Made by a program: the position numbers and the translations under genes. Below, piece after piece: positions 51,869 through 64,000 of a DNA stretch of 64,000 nucleotides. The stretch comes from Paraspadella gotoi. Lineage: Eukaryota > Animalia > Chaetognatha. The stretch is taken from the NCBI GenBank assembly GCA_051294375.1, contig CM119263.1, positions 6,172,932 to 6,236,931 on the forward strand, written 5' to 3'. How positions within the stretch are numbered: the first letter of the stretch is position 1; each line of letters begins with the position of its first letter. The notes under the pieces were generated by a model. That model made no database searches and was not told where the DNA came from. It saw nothing but the letters and a program-made list of their open reading frames with translations.

Positions 51869-53658
51869 ACGTCGCCATCTCAATTGAATTCGCCTTTCAA
51901 CTCTCACTTCTTTTGAGGCGATATCCTCCTTTAGAAATTGCCTCATTTCCGCTCGTTTCTCATGGGTTATGGAGCCTCGGTTGACAGCCGCCTCTTTCAT
52001 GATGTCCTTCCAGCCGCCGCCTCGACTTACCCTCGGCGGAGGGTGAGGAGAAGGGGGAGTTTCGAAGGCGGGGTAGGAACAGGTAAGGCTCGGCGTTGGG
52101 ATGGTGGAAGAAAAGTGGAAAAAAAACTTTGCGCTCTCTTTAAACGAGCCTTATAGTTCTCCTATTTCTTCCCCTTCTCCGTACAACGTTGCAAGGAAAG
52201 CAAGGTTGAGTATATAAAAAAAATGAGAAAAAACATCAAGTAAAACAAACTTTCAAGCAAACATGCAAACAGAATCTAAAGTTATGATTGACGACAAGTA
52301 ACAATATTTTGTGACGAAGACCCTGCATTCACAAAGTGGAAATGGACCCACTTTCCTCCCCAAACATTCTTCAAGCTCTCAAACCCAAAAGATTTTCTTC
52401 CAGTCACAACATTTAATCATCATAAACCTTGGCGCCCATAAAACCCCGCTTGGCCATCAACACCATAAACGCCATGAAATCTTCTCGGAGAGTCGGGGAA
52501 TCAGAATTGGCAGAAGGAGTTCGACATAACGTGAAAGCACATCAATGACTATAGTAAAATCGTGTGAAAAACTAGTTTGTGGTTAAATGGGATTTCGGGC
52601 AGCCCAGGTATATGTATTTAAAGTCAAATCGAGTAGTATACGATTTGTATAATTATAAATGATCAATTTGATCATCTTTGGTCTGATATTTAGTCATTAT
52701 AATTTAATAATAATAATTTACTTTACAGTAACTATACTCACTCTCGTATATCAATCTCCGCTTCTCGTTTATTTTTCCCCTTCCTCTCTTTTCATTCTCG
52801 CTCTTATTGTTTTCTTAATATTGTCACTAGATTTCAATGATTGCTTAGAAAATCCAGGAAATTAATAAAAAAAAATTGATACTGTGTCAATGTGTCATGC
52901 ACACTTTATCTGAACAAGTGTATGCCATTAAACACCCGCTTCAATTTTACAGAATTGATCACCCAGACGTCCTTTCTCCCTTTTCGTTTTTCTAACATTG
53001 TCACCACTACGAGCATCCCACTCAGCCTCAGCTTTAACGTTTCTACCCTTCAAAAAAAAAAAAAAATTCACAGCTTCCTCTTCTCACTTCCTCCTCCCTC
53101 ACCATCACGAGCCACGCCCCCTAGCGTCGAGAGTCACGTTCACAGAAAGAGGGAGGGAAGGACCTCACGTTCGATCGATTTCATAATTTGAGTATAAAAA
53201 GAAAATGAGAGGAATTTTTTTTTTTTTAGTCGCGGCCAAAGTTGGCCTATGATCTTATAATCCAATTAATCGGATTAACTTTGAATGTTTTTATAGTGCG
53301 TTTATAATAGACCTAATTAAATCATAAGGTCCTTAGATTAGGTTGTTTTTTTTTCGTAATATTTTAGAAGTGAGACTTGTTTTTAAACGTGATAATTACT
53401 TATTTGTTATTATTATAGCAAGAAACTTCTCAAACTAAGATTCGCTGTCAACCTCGTCCTTTTTTTTTTTAATTTAACGATCAGTTCAAATTCAATTTTC
53501 ATCGGACCTTCATTCTTGCGTCGTGATTGGTCAAATCCTTTTCGTCGTTGTCATCGTAGCCGCCGAAGACATTCGTATATAAGTTACCTTAAGTCTTGCT
53601 AATTCAAAATTTTGATTCACCTGGTCGATCTCGTCATTTCAGTAGCAGCACCTTCGCA

Positions 53659-56290
53659 ATGGCTTGCCGCCCCATTCCGCTGAAGCCCCCTTGCAAATTT
53701 GACGGCGACGTTTTCGAGGGTGAGTGAAGATTTAGATTTATATTTAGATCAAACGCCTCGACTTTGATTCGTTTTTAAACTTTATAAAATAATCTCGTTT
53801 TCCAAATTTTCTCCCCCCCCCCACCTGTTCCATTCAGCCTCGCTCCAATTTCAAAACGTATGGACGCCACACTTACAGGATTTCCTCCGTGGCAAGAAGG
53901 CCAACCCGATGACGGTGCAGACTCCAGTGAAGATCGCGGTGGTTGGCGCCGGCCCCGCGGGCCTCGTGACCGCTTACGAGTTGCAAAAGATCCCGCAAGC
54001 CGAGATCAAGATTTTCGAGAGGGAATCCCGCGTCGGTGGGAGGATCCTAACCGTAGGTAGGTCTTGAGTTCGTGTCTTTCCCCGGATGTAATTGAAATTG
54101 AAAATTCGTACAGTTGAAATTTTTTTTTTTTTTCTGTAGGCTACCGTGGTTCGTTCGATAAAACCAAGAAGGGTCGGGAATACTGGACCAATGAACGAAC
54201 CTACGGAGAAGCCGGCGGCATGCGCCTGCCGCTGCCGCCGGAGGGCTACATGCTCGCCAAGTACCCTCACCACAAGGACGTAAACCTCAGGATGAGCCGA
54301 CTGAGTGACCACGAGATTAACCTGCTGCTCCACGGCAATTCTCCCTACGAGTTCGTGGAAGACTCTGACTTCCCCATGCCGCTTATTCGTCACTACATCA
54401 AGGAGATGAAGATTCCGGTTAAGAGGTTCAACATGAACGTCGCCGCCGCCGACGTTAACGTCCAGTTCGGCGACGAGACCTTTGAGGGACTCTTCGTCCG
54501 CAAGAACGACGGAAAGCTGCACAACAAGAAAGGCCAAACGCTGGAGGAGAGCTCCTTTGAGTTTCTCATGGACAAAACCATCTTGGAGGAACGAGCTTGG
54601 CTGAAAAAGGTGGAGGACAACCTGTGCGCTCATTTCGATAAATGTGTCGCTACCAACGTGAGACGAGATCTCCGCGCGTTGACCAACGAGTCGTGGCGCG
54701 CTTACAACTCCGCCTGGAACCTCACCTACCGGCAATGCTTGACGACAGGAAAAAATGCCAAGGGCGAGTGTCTCGGTTTCGAACCCTGGCCGGAGAAAAT
54801 CATCGAATTTTATCAGGACGTCTTTCGAGTTCGGATGGACGCCGTAATTTGCGTGTCCATCATCGAGAGCGACGTCGGCCAATGGTGGCAAGATTCCGGA
54901 ATGTTCTGCCCCAAATACGGAATGCATTCGATCTACGCGCAGCCGCCCCCGGTGAGGCCTGACCTGGACTCTCCGCCGGGCAAGAACGGGCCCGTCTCGG
55001 CGATGGGTTTGCTTGAACGACTGGGGGAGAAGGTGGAGCTTATTTACGAACAACACGTGACTCGTATTTGTCGGTTGGCGTCGGGCAAGATCGACGTAAC
55101 GACGGCGGGCCAATGGCGTGATCACTATATGGCCTTCGGCGATGAGGAGGTGGAAGAGTTCGACGCCGTCGTCGTCACCCTTCCGCCCGATAACTTGAAG
55201 CAAGTGGAGATCGAAGGATTCGAGGGTCTCCCACTCCTCTCCTCCATCCAATTCCCGACGCAAAAGGTTAATTTTATTCTTCGGCATGGGTTTACTATTC
55301 AATTTTCAAAGACATAAAGTTAAACGTTAAACCTTACCTTTTCATTTTCCTAAATCTTTTTGATTATGCAATTTAATTTTCTATCTCGTTTTTTTTTCTA
55401 GGCCAACAAGAACATCTACGAGTTTGAGGAGATGTTTTGGCAAGACTTTGGTTCCATGCGCAACAAAGGAGACTTTTGCATCGACGCCCAAAACGGATTT
55501 CTCACTCGCTCTCGCTCTGGCAACAACGGGAATCTCTCCCAGCTCCGCTACTCTACCCCGGACGAGGGAAACATCATCATGAACTACGAGTTCGGTCAGA
55601 ACGCCCTCGCGGCCTGCAGGTCTAATGGGGCATTTGATGTTGATGATTGGCGTTATCTGCTTTCAATTATCGAATTAGTTAGCTTTATTATACACCATAG
55701 TCTTTTTACTTGAGCTCTATTTGTGCACAAATGGATAGAACATGACTTCATGAGTCCTTAAATATTTGACGTAATTCCATCTTCGCCATAATTAGGCTAA
55801 AATTTTATAATTTTATCTTTATAAAAATTTTATCTTTATAAAATATTCCCCAAAAAATTAAGTCTACGTCTAGGTAAACAGAATCTGCAAATATGCGAAT
55901 TATAATCTAAAATTCGACTTTAAAATTAAATTTATACTCAGGGATCGGGACGACGGCATCTTGGACTTCATCCAATCCTTTCATCAAAACATCGACATCA
56001 AATCGCGCGCCGTCTTAAAGAAGGGAGGAAAGGGCGCCATCGGGAAATACCGCGCCCCCTGGATGGACCTGAGCGACGTGCCTTACACGGAGGCCCATTT
56101 CGACACCCTGACGGGCTTCTGCAATTACGGAGACAAAGATGGCCAAGCCAAGGGCCTTTATTTTGCCGGCGACGGTTGGTCCTTCAAGCCCCAATGGCAG
56201 GAGGGGGCTTTTTACACGGCTTTGCACGCGGTGTTTCGGCTCATCAATGATTTTTCGGGAAATAACGAGAATGATCCGTTTCTATACTGA
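53659..56290 (+). CDS. Flavin-dependent amino-acid oxidase / monooxygenase (amine oxidase family, LAAO/IaaM-like); 5 exons
   Basis: Exons about 53659-53719, 53838-54058, 54140-55266, 55402-55619 and 55942-56290. Rossmann motif KIAVVGAGPAGLVTAYEL...IFERESRVGGRILT, EAGGMRLP, FDAVVVTLP and GLYFAGDGWSFKPQWQEGAFYTALHAV. Confidence 0.88.
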
Positions 56291-58606
56291 ATGAGTCCTT
56301 AAATTTGCGAAAGTTTTATTTTTTTATATTAAAATTTTTACTAATTTGCTTTTGCAATTTGATCTTCGCTTTTACCGTTTTATGGAATTGCTTTTGTATT
56401 GCTAACGAATGTATGTTAAATTCAATCAGAAAAAGAAATAAAATGTGGTTGTAATTTTTTTTTTTGTTTTAACCAAATCGTGATTTTGAACGCAATCTTA
56501 TAATAGACTTACGTTGACGCGTATTTTACAAATGATATACGAGTTTCACGAAAAGCAGTCGGTTTTTCTCTTCAGTAAATAGCAAGTACATATTACAAAT
56601 ATATTTTTAATTCAATAAATGTCGGGTTAGCGTAAAAAGTATTCGAATTAAAGCAAAACTTTTTTCGGACAAAAATCTTGCCCATCCGACTCGGGAATTG
56701 TGAAAAACGAAAATTCTAATAACAACCGCGACCGACCGGTGAGTGAACGAGTTTCTTTTCTTCACATTCGTCCGTCGATTGAGTCATCGATTGACAGAAA
56801 TCGTCGTCGTCCTTCGTGAGTTCGGTGACTTCGAAAAGTCGCCTCAAAATTCATCACAAAATCATCATCACGAATTCACAAAAAAAAAAATCTGAGTCGA
56901 CGGTGATGTCATGGTAATTTCACCCTCATGTGAACTCGAGAGGGACAAAAGGCGATCGGTTGTCGGGCATCGGGTCGCGTCGGCGGGCGAGCGGGCGGCA
57001 GAAGCGGGCGACCGACGAGAAAAACAAACAATCGAAGAAAAAGAGAAGCAAACAAAAGGGAATCGCGAATTGGAGGATCGTGGCGCAATATGGAGATGCG
57101 GGGGAGAGGGGAGGGAGGATGGAAGGGGTGGCGGGCTGGCAGTGACAAAGATCGAGGCTAATTTCAATAGAGATAGAAAAAGAGATGAGGGAGAAAAGGA
57201 GTTGTCCTCTGAGAAATAGAGAAACAAAAAGGCGAAAGGTCTTAGGAACGAAAAACGATGCCCTTTTGTGTCTCTGTCCCAACATCCCTCTCCCGGTATC
57301 CCCTTTCCCACAATTCCTCTCATCCCAAGCTGGAATCTCACTTTTTTTTTACTCAAGAGAAAATAGTTTTTCTCGGGTCATGAATACGAGGACAGAGATC
57401 GAATATGACAAGTCGGATTAAAATTCTTTTTACATCAATTAAAATTGAATTTGATAGTCAAAATACATCGTTTTTAAATATTTTATTCCATGAGAACTTT
57501 TCTCTCTTCAACTCACTTTTTTTTCCCCATCGTCGACATTTTTTGGTTCATCCTTTTTTTTCCTATTCATAATCGTTTGTTCATTTGTTTGTTTTTCGAG
57601 TCGTTTCTCAAACTTTGCCACGGTCTCCCCACGCTTCGCCAGGTTGAGCCGGCCGACGGGAAAGAGTCGACAGGCGGCGTAGATGAATTGAAGACAATAA
57701 GATTGTGGCGGCAGTGGCGGCAGCGGGGGCGCCCTTTCTTGACAACGACGAGAATATAAAACCTGAAGTAAATGAGGAAAAAAGAAAAAAAGGCCCTATT
57801 GTCTAAAATACCAATGAAAAATAATATCGATCGGATTTCAATTTTCATTAAAGTTTTAATGGAAAGAAAAGTTAAAATTTAACATAATTTTAGAAATTCT
57901 GAGCAGTTTTTTGCACTATGATATTCAAAACAAAAGTGGCTTAGTAATAGTGATTTGTTTTTTATATTTTTTTAAAAATGTTTAAACAAATCAAATTTTA
58001 TCAAATAATACATATTAAATAAAATATGATAGAAGAGTTGGTCAGAGTACACGACGGACTTCGAAAACTCTCTAATAACGAGAGTTACATAAATTGCCCT
58101 ATATTTAAGGCGAGATTTAGATTTAGGATTACTTCTTTGTGGACAAAGCAAGGAAAGCAGAGAAATATACTTTGTACTTTGAATATGATTTGGTGACAAA
58201 TTTTGGATCACAGCATGAACAAGTTTTGCGCTTATCAAGAGCACCATTTACAAATCGATATTGAATTTTATTAAAAGAATTAATTCCTACATAGTGTAAA
58301 AATTTTTAAATAAAAATTACATTGTAAAAGGCCACAATGTTAAAGATTAAAATATTATTTAAAAATTACTGCAATATGCAAATGAATTTATTTTTTCTCA
58401 AAAGTCTGTCATATAAAGTGGCTGTCAGAAGAGTGATTTGATTGTATATTCTTTTTTTTAGCTGCGACTAAATTAAAATTGTTTTATCGATTCTTAATTT
58501 TAAATTTTAACTTCTCTCAAAAAGAATCGTCATTGACTCAATTTGTTTTTCAGTTGACTCGTGTCACATTTTGACGACGAGAAATGTTAGTAAACAATTT
58601 CTATTC

Positions 58607-58654
<48 letters not shown>

Positions 58655-59418
58655 CATACGAGAAAACAATAATGATTTATTACAATGATGAAATTGTTTT
58701 AAAGATATGGATAATTATATATATATGGATATATAATAATAATTATATATATATACGGATAATTCAAAATCGACTCTTCAAAAGCATTTTTTTTAAATGG
58801 ATCACGGATCACGGATTCAGTTTCCTTAATACGTAAACTTATATTTAAACAATATAAATTTACAATAACATATGCCGTTGGGTGAGTTCTATTTTTGTTT
58901 CCTCTATAACTACCCTCCTTGTCTTCCAGGCTGTCGGGCTGGACGACCGGTCGGGCGGTAGCGCGGTAGGGCAATCACCTCCAAAAATATTTCCCAGCGG
59001 AAAACCAAACAAAATTTATGCAAATTTTGTCTTTTGTTCGAGACTCATCGGATCGCGTCGATCTTTTGTCGCGTTTCTTGTTGTTCCCATATGATCAAGA
59101 CAGGGGGGGGAGGGGGGAAGAGAGGGGGGAGTTAAGGAGGAAACTAATTTGCATTGAAAAACAAATTGTTTTCTACGAAGAACGAAATTTATGTGATAAA
59201 TTTTTGAATATTGTTTACAATTATTTGATCCTAAGTCTTAATTTCCAAATTAAGGCCAAGTTACTGGGAGGTGAAGCGTCATTGATTTTCTGTCCGGTTA
59301 ATATCCGTTGCCAGGAGACAACAACGAATAATCACCTGGACTCACATGAGGTCACGTGATCGAACATCGGCTCCAGCGGCTGGAACATCTCGGTCCTCCT
59401 TTTGTCATCCCCGTCTGG

Positions 59419-59522
<104 letters not shown>

Positions 59523-60761
59523 CAATAAAAATACTAAGTCATGAGAAACAAAACAATGAAACATTTCCCATAGAAGACGCATAATTGCATTCGCTCATCT
59601 GACAGCCGTGCGAGGCAGATGGAAATTTGTAAATAATTTTTTTGTTATTTCTTTCTAAACTTTTTTTATATTTTTTTATTTTACTCAATACATTTATAAA
59701 TCTTTCTTTAGTTTGTTTCAGAGCAGTGATTAGAAATAAATCGAAATTCCAGTAACTAAATAAAAAATTATAAAAAATATCTCTTTTTAATTTAATATAA
59801 AAATTAAACATGATTTTAGGACCAGATATTTATTTCCTTATTTTTTCTTTTTTTTCATCGTCTTTTCTGTTCTTTACTGTTTTTTTTTTCTTGTTCTTTT
59901 CTTTTATTTCCTTTTTTTCATCGTCTTTTCTTTTCTTTACTGTTTTTTCTCTTGTCATTTTCTTTTATTTCCTTTTTTTTTATCGTTTTTTATGTTCTTT
60001 ACTGTTTTTTCTCTTGTTCTTTTCTTAAATTTATTTTTTTTCATCGTCTTTTCTATTCTTTACTGTTTTTTTCTCTTGTTCTTTTCTTTTATTTCATTTT
60101 TCCTCGCTTTTTTTCCCCCTTTTCTTATCATGCTTGTTCATTCGCTCCGCCACCTGCGACAATAAGATCCCTGCCTTGCTATTTTCATGAACCACCTGAC
60201 AATAAAACAAATAAACCTGACAATAAAACAAATCAACCTGGTGGGCAATAAAATAGAACAGAGGAGAGAAAAAAAAGAGATAAAAAAGACCGGGTTTGTT
60301 TGACGGTCAGCGGTCTCTCCCTTCTATTGACGAATGAACTCGTGGCATCTCCGTTCCACGTCTTTCCGCTCATGGAATTCCTGTCAATCGCCGCTCTTTT
60401 CTTTTCGCGCCAAATCGAAAGATACCAACTTTTTTCTGGCCCATTTTTTTATTCCCCTTCTCGATATGCCTTCACGCCCACCTGGCCGCACGTTTGAGCT
60501 CGGAGAGGGCACTCGTAGCCCGAAGCTCCTTGTCTAATTATCACGATAAACTGCTGTTTTCAATTTAATTAGTTCAATGAATACAATGAAAATATACGTA
60601 CTAGATTTATAAGAACATTTTAGCAGAAATTGTTTCTCAGAAACCTTAAATCGAGTTCCCCCAGATAGAGACTCAGAACAACAGAAGTAACTAGACAGCT
60701 TCTTCCTTTGGCTTTTGACTTGTGAGCTCTCGACACTGCTTGTGATTTGAAGTTTTGGAAC

Positions 60762-60855
<94 letters not shown>

Positions 60856-61556
60856 GGAAAGTCACTTTCGATTCCATTGTTCTTTTCAAAGGTGACCGCA
60901 TGGGAACACATGGAGTTCCAACTCTGGGCTTTGGGTGGCCCGTTCGGTCCCCGTGACATTTTGGTCACGGACCGTGTCACCCAACTGAAACGGATGGTCG
61001 ATTACCGAGCCGATCACGGTGGCGGAGTAATGATTGGGCTCTGGGACCTCAATGGGTATCTGTGTGGACAGTTGATTTTTAGTAATAGTCGAAAAAGTAG
61101 CGACGAAACAAACCAGTATTGAATTAAACGATGTAGCGAATAGACGGCTAATACATGAATAAAAAATAAATATCTCTGGCTACAACAAACAACGCCAACC
61201 TTGTGTTTCTCGACGCGCAACGGTTCGTCCGCTTTGGTTCCAAGGTCGCACAAAAAAGGATCGTTTAAACGAACTCCTCCGCCGGTTAACCGTCAATGGG
61301 GTGGTCTCTAGTCACGTTCGAGAGGCGACCGGATGGAGGTATCACAGGGGGGTAACAATTACATTTTCACGAGGGCACGAATAATAATACTGTATAGTGT
61401 TTCTCAATTATTTTTGTTCTGACGAATAAAATTAAGTTTTTAAAGAAACATTTGGATAACTATGGTGCGTATGAACTAATTTTAAACTGTAACTCAGTCT
61501 CTGACCCTCATTTGGTTTCTTCGGTTCCGTGGCTTCAAAGATAACATCTCAAGTCC

Positions 61557-61590
<34 letters not shown>

Positions 61591-62812
61591 TGGGTGATAA
61601 ACCGAGGGATATTTAGTCGAACATGAATAATAATGAAAGGCGAACGAGGAACGAACCTCTGTTAAGAAGAGGGGATTGGGGAAGGGAAGGGTGGAAATAG
61701 AAGGGGGGCGTCAAATGGGGGGGGGCGCTGGGAGAAGATGTTTATCGGCGACTTCCGCGGAGAGACGTCGACCTCTCGACGGAGTCATGGAAACGGAACG
61801 GAGGGATTTCGACGAGGGTGGCGACCGCGGGTTTGGGTGAACCAAAGGGTGGTGGGGATTTAAGCGCGATGCTCTGTGATATGTAAATAATGCCGTTCAT
61901 TTTTTGTTATGAACCAAGGAGACATATTTTATTTATATTGTTTGAAAATTTGATTTAAACGATGAAGGGAAATTTCGGACACAAATTTTTTTTTTTTAAT
62001 TTCACGCTGGTTACCTCCATGTACTAATTTAAAAGATGTCAACGATTTTTGGTTTTAATTTTTGTTATATCTGTTATTAGTATGGAAACGACCTTACCCA
62101 TCTATTATAAGTTATAACTCCTTACGTTAGCTCTAATTTCACTCTCTCTCTGTACGAACCCCACAAGAAGATAGAATCGTTAAACGTCCGGTAGAGAATC
62201 AGCGATTAAAACGCGCTACCGAAGTACAATCGAGTCTTAAAAGTTAACCAATGAGAGAACGGCTCTTTCTCACATCAACCAGTAGAATCTCGAAGCGTTC
62301 GCTCCCCAATTCATTTTACCAATCACACTCGAGAAACGGTCAATTTTATTTTAACGAATCGGAGAGTTCCGTCCAATCAGCGGGCAGCGTGTCCCGAACG
62401 AAGTGAACAACGGAGCTTCTCTTAAAGTGTCATTCACTCCATCGACCACCATTGACCAATCCTTCCCCCCTTTCAATCGGCAACCACCCCCGACGAGGCA
62501 GCGAAAGTGCTTTGTTCCCCCCTTATGTTTTATTGTTATTAGGTGTCGGTAGAAATTGTCGCTAGAGGCGCTTGGAGCGGAGGGATATCTTTATAAACTG
62601 AGACTTCTCTATCGCACACGGGATATTTACAAAAAAAATAACTTACTATTAGAACACAAAATATTTGATACCGCCTGTAGCGAATATCCTGAAAAATAAG
62701 CCAATCACCGCGGATCAAGTTTCATGGATGAAATCTTGAGCGGGACACAATTTTTATCTCTCTCGGCCATCGGCTTATTAATTCATTCCAGTCTCATTTG
62801 CGATAATGGAAC

Positions 62813-62921
<109 letters not shown>

Positions 62922-63320
62922 ACTCGTTCCCAGGGGTTTAGCGAAGCGCGTCTGAGTCAATGAAGGAGCTAAGGCCAGTTTCCATGAAAGGGCTTTTTTC
63001 TGCCAGGGCGAGGCGGCCCGGTATTAGCGATGAGGCCACCGCGAAGTTTGGGCCAAAGACTCCAATCCTTGATTCCACTTTGGCTTTTTAAGGCCTCATT
63101 TCCGCTGGAATTAAGCGACGCGGAGATCGGGGCTCGATACGACCTTACCGCCGAGAAAACCCGCGCTTTGAGTTTCATTTAAACTTTTACAAAATTGAAT
63201 ATTTTAAAAACTTAAAATTTTTAGATAGCTCGGTGCTTACTCACTTTTCACTCACGCCTTTCTGTCACTCTCTCTTAGTTCTTTGAAGGCCTGAGAATGG
63301 TGTCTAAAAATTGTAATTGA

Positions 63321-63363
<43 letters not shown>

Positions 63364-63835
63364 TTTCTTTTGTTTATTGCATCCTATTGTAGTCTCTTTG
63401 TCTATTTTTCTTTCTCGATACTTTATAAACATTTCTCTTATTTTCTCATAAACTTGACTGCGAAAATTTTTATTATATATTTTGCTGTTAAGAACTTTTC
63501 ACTTTCCCATAAACCCATAAATTCTCAATTTCCGGAAGTCTTGTTTGGACGGTCATCCGTCGCCGAGGAGATAACGCCCATATAGCCACCTCCCCCCCCT
63601 CACTTGCCCCTACTCTACACTAAATCACTCCCTTCTCACTTTTCTCACTCGCTCTCACTCCTCGGTCCTCGTTTTCCCTCGAACTTACCAGCGTCCCCAC
63701 TCTCTCTACGGGCATCGCGACCCTAGCGACACCTAAGATCCTTAAACGCGACTTGTCCCATATAAAGTCGCGGGATCCGTCGCCATAAACATTGGGCCGC
63801 TTCTGGATTTTGACTATAAATTAAAAGCCCCGCTT

Positions 63836-63888
<53 letters not shown>

Positions 63889-64000
63889 ATCATTCTCTTC
63901 AACCCATCAGCCGACTTCCTTCCTTTCGTTTCCTGGCAACGCGCGATCATTAAGTTGCTTTTGACTCTTACAGCCATTCATTGACTTTGCCACCCAAAAC

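Noticed and set aside
53974-55302. 442-aa minus-strand ORF
   Set aside because: Antisense shadow of the GC3-rich oxidase exon; no recognisable motifs.

Overview
Eukaryotic, most likely protostome invertebrate, genomic DNA with AT-rich short introns, CpG-rich exons, many (CT)n microsatellites and one 10-N gap at 34888-34897. Spliced genes read from the sequence: the 3' part of an LST2/ZFYVE28 FYVE-domain gene (+) with a decaying divergent ionotropic-receptor gene antisense in its upstream intron; two tandem, highly divergent Cys-loop ion-channel genes; a secreted M1 aminopeptidase; an SLC7 cationic amino-acid transporter; an FMRFamide-receptor-like GPCR with a glycosylation-repeat N-terminus; and an intron-poor flavin amino-acid oxidase/monooxygenase with bacterial-looking motifs. 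Small mobile elements are the most distinctive non-coding content. These are a complete miniature LTR retrotransposon (TRIM) whose LTRs carry a tRNA-like Pol III promoter, solo LTRs of this and a second family, a 5'-truncated Penelope-like element with inverted pLTRs each carrying a minimal hammerhead ribozyme motif, two HINE/DINE-1-like families, a TA-flanked TIR element and a foldback MITE. Exon boundaries were inferred by eye and are approximate.
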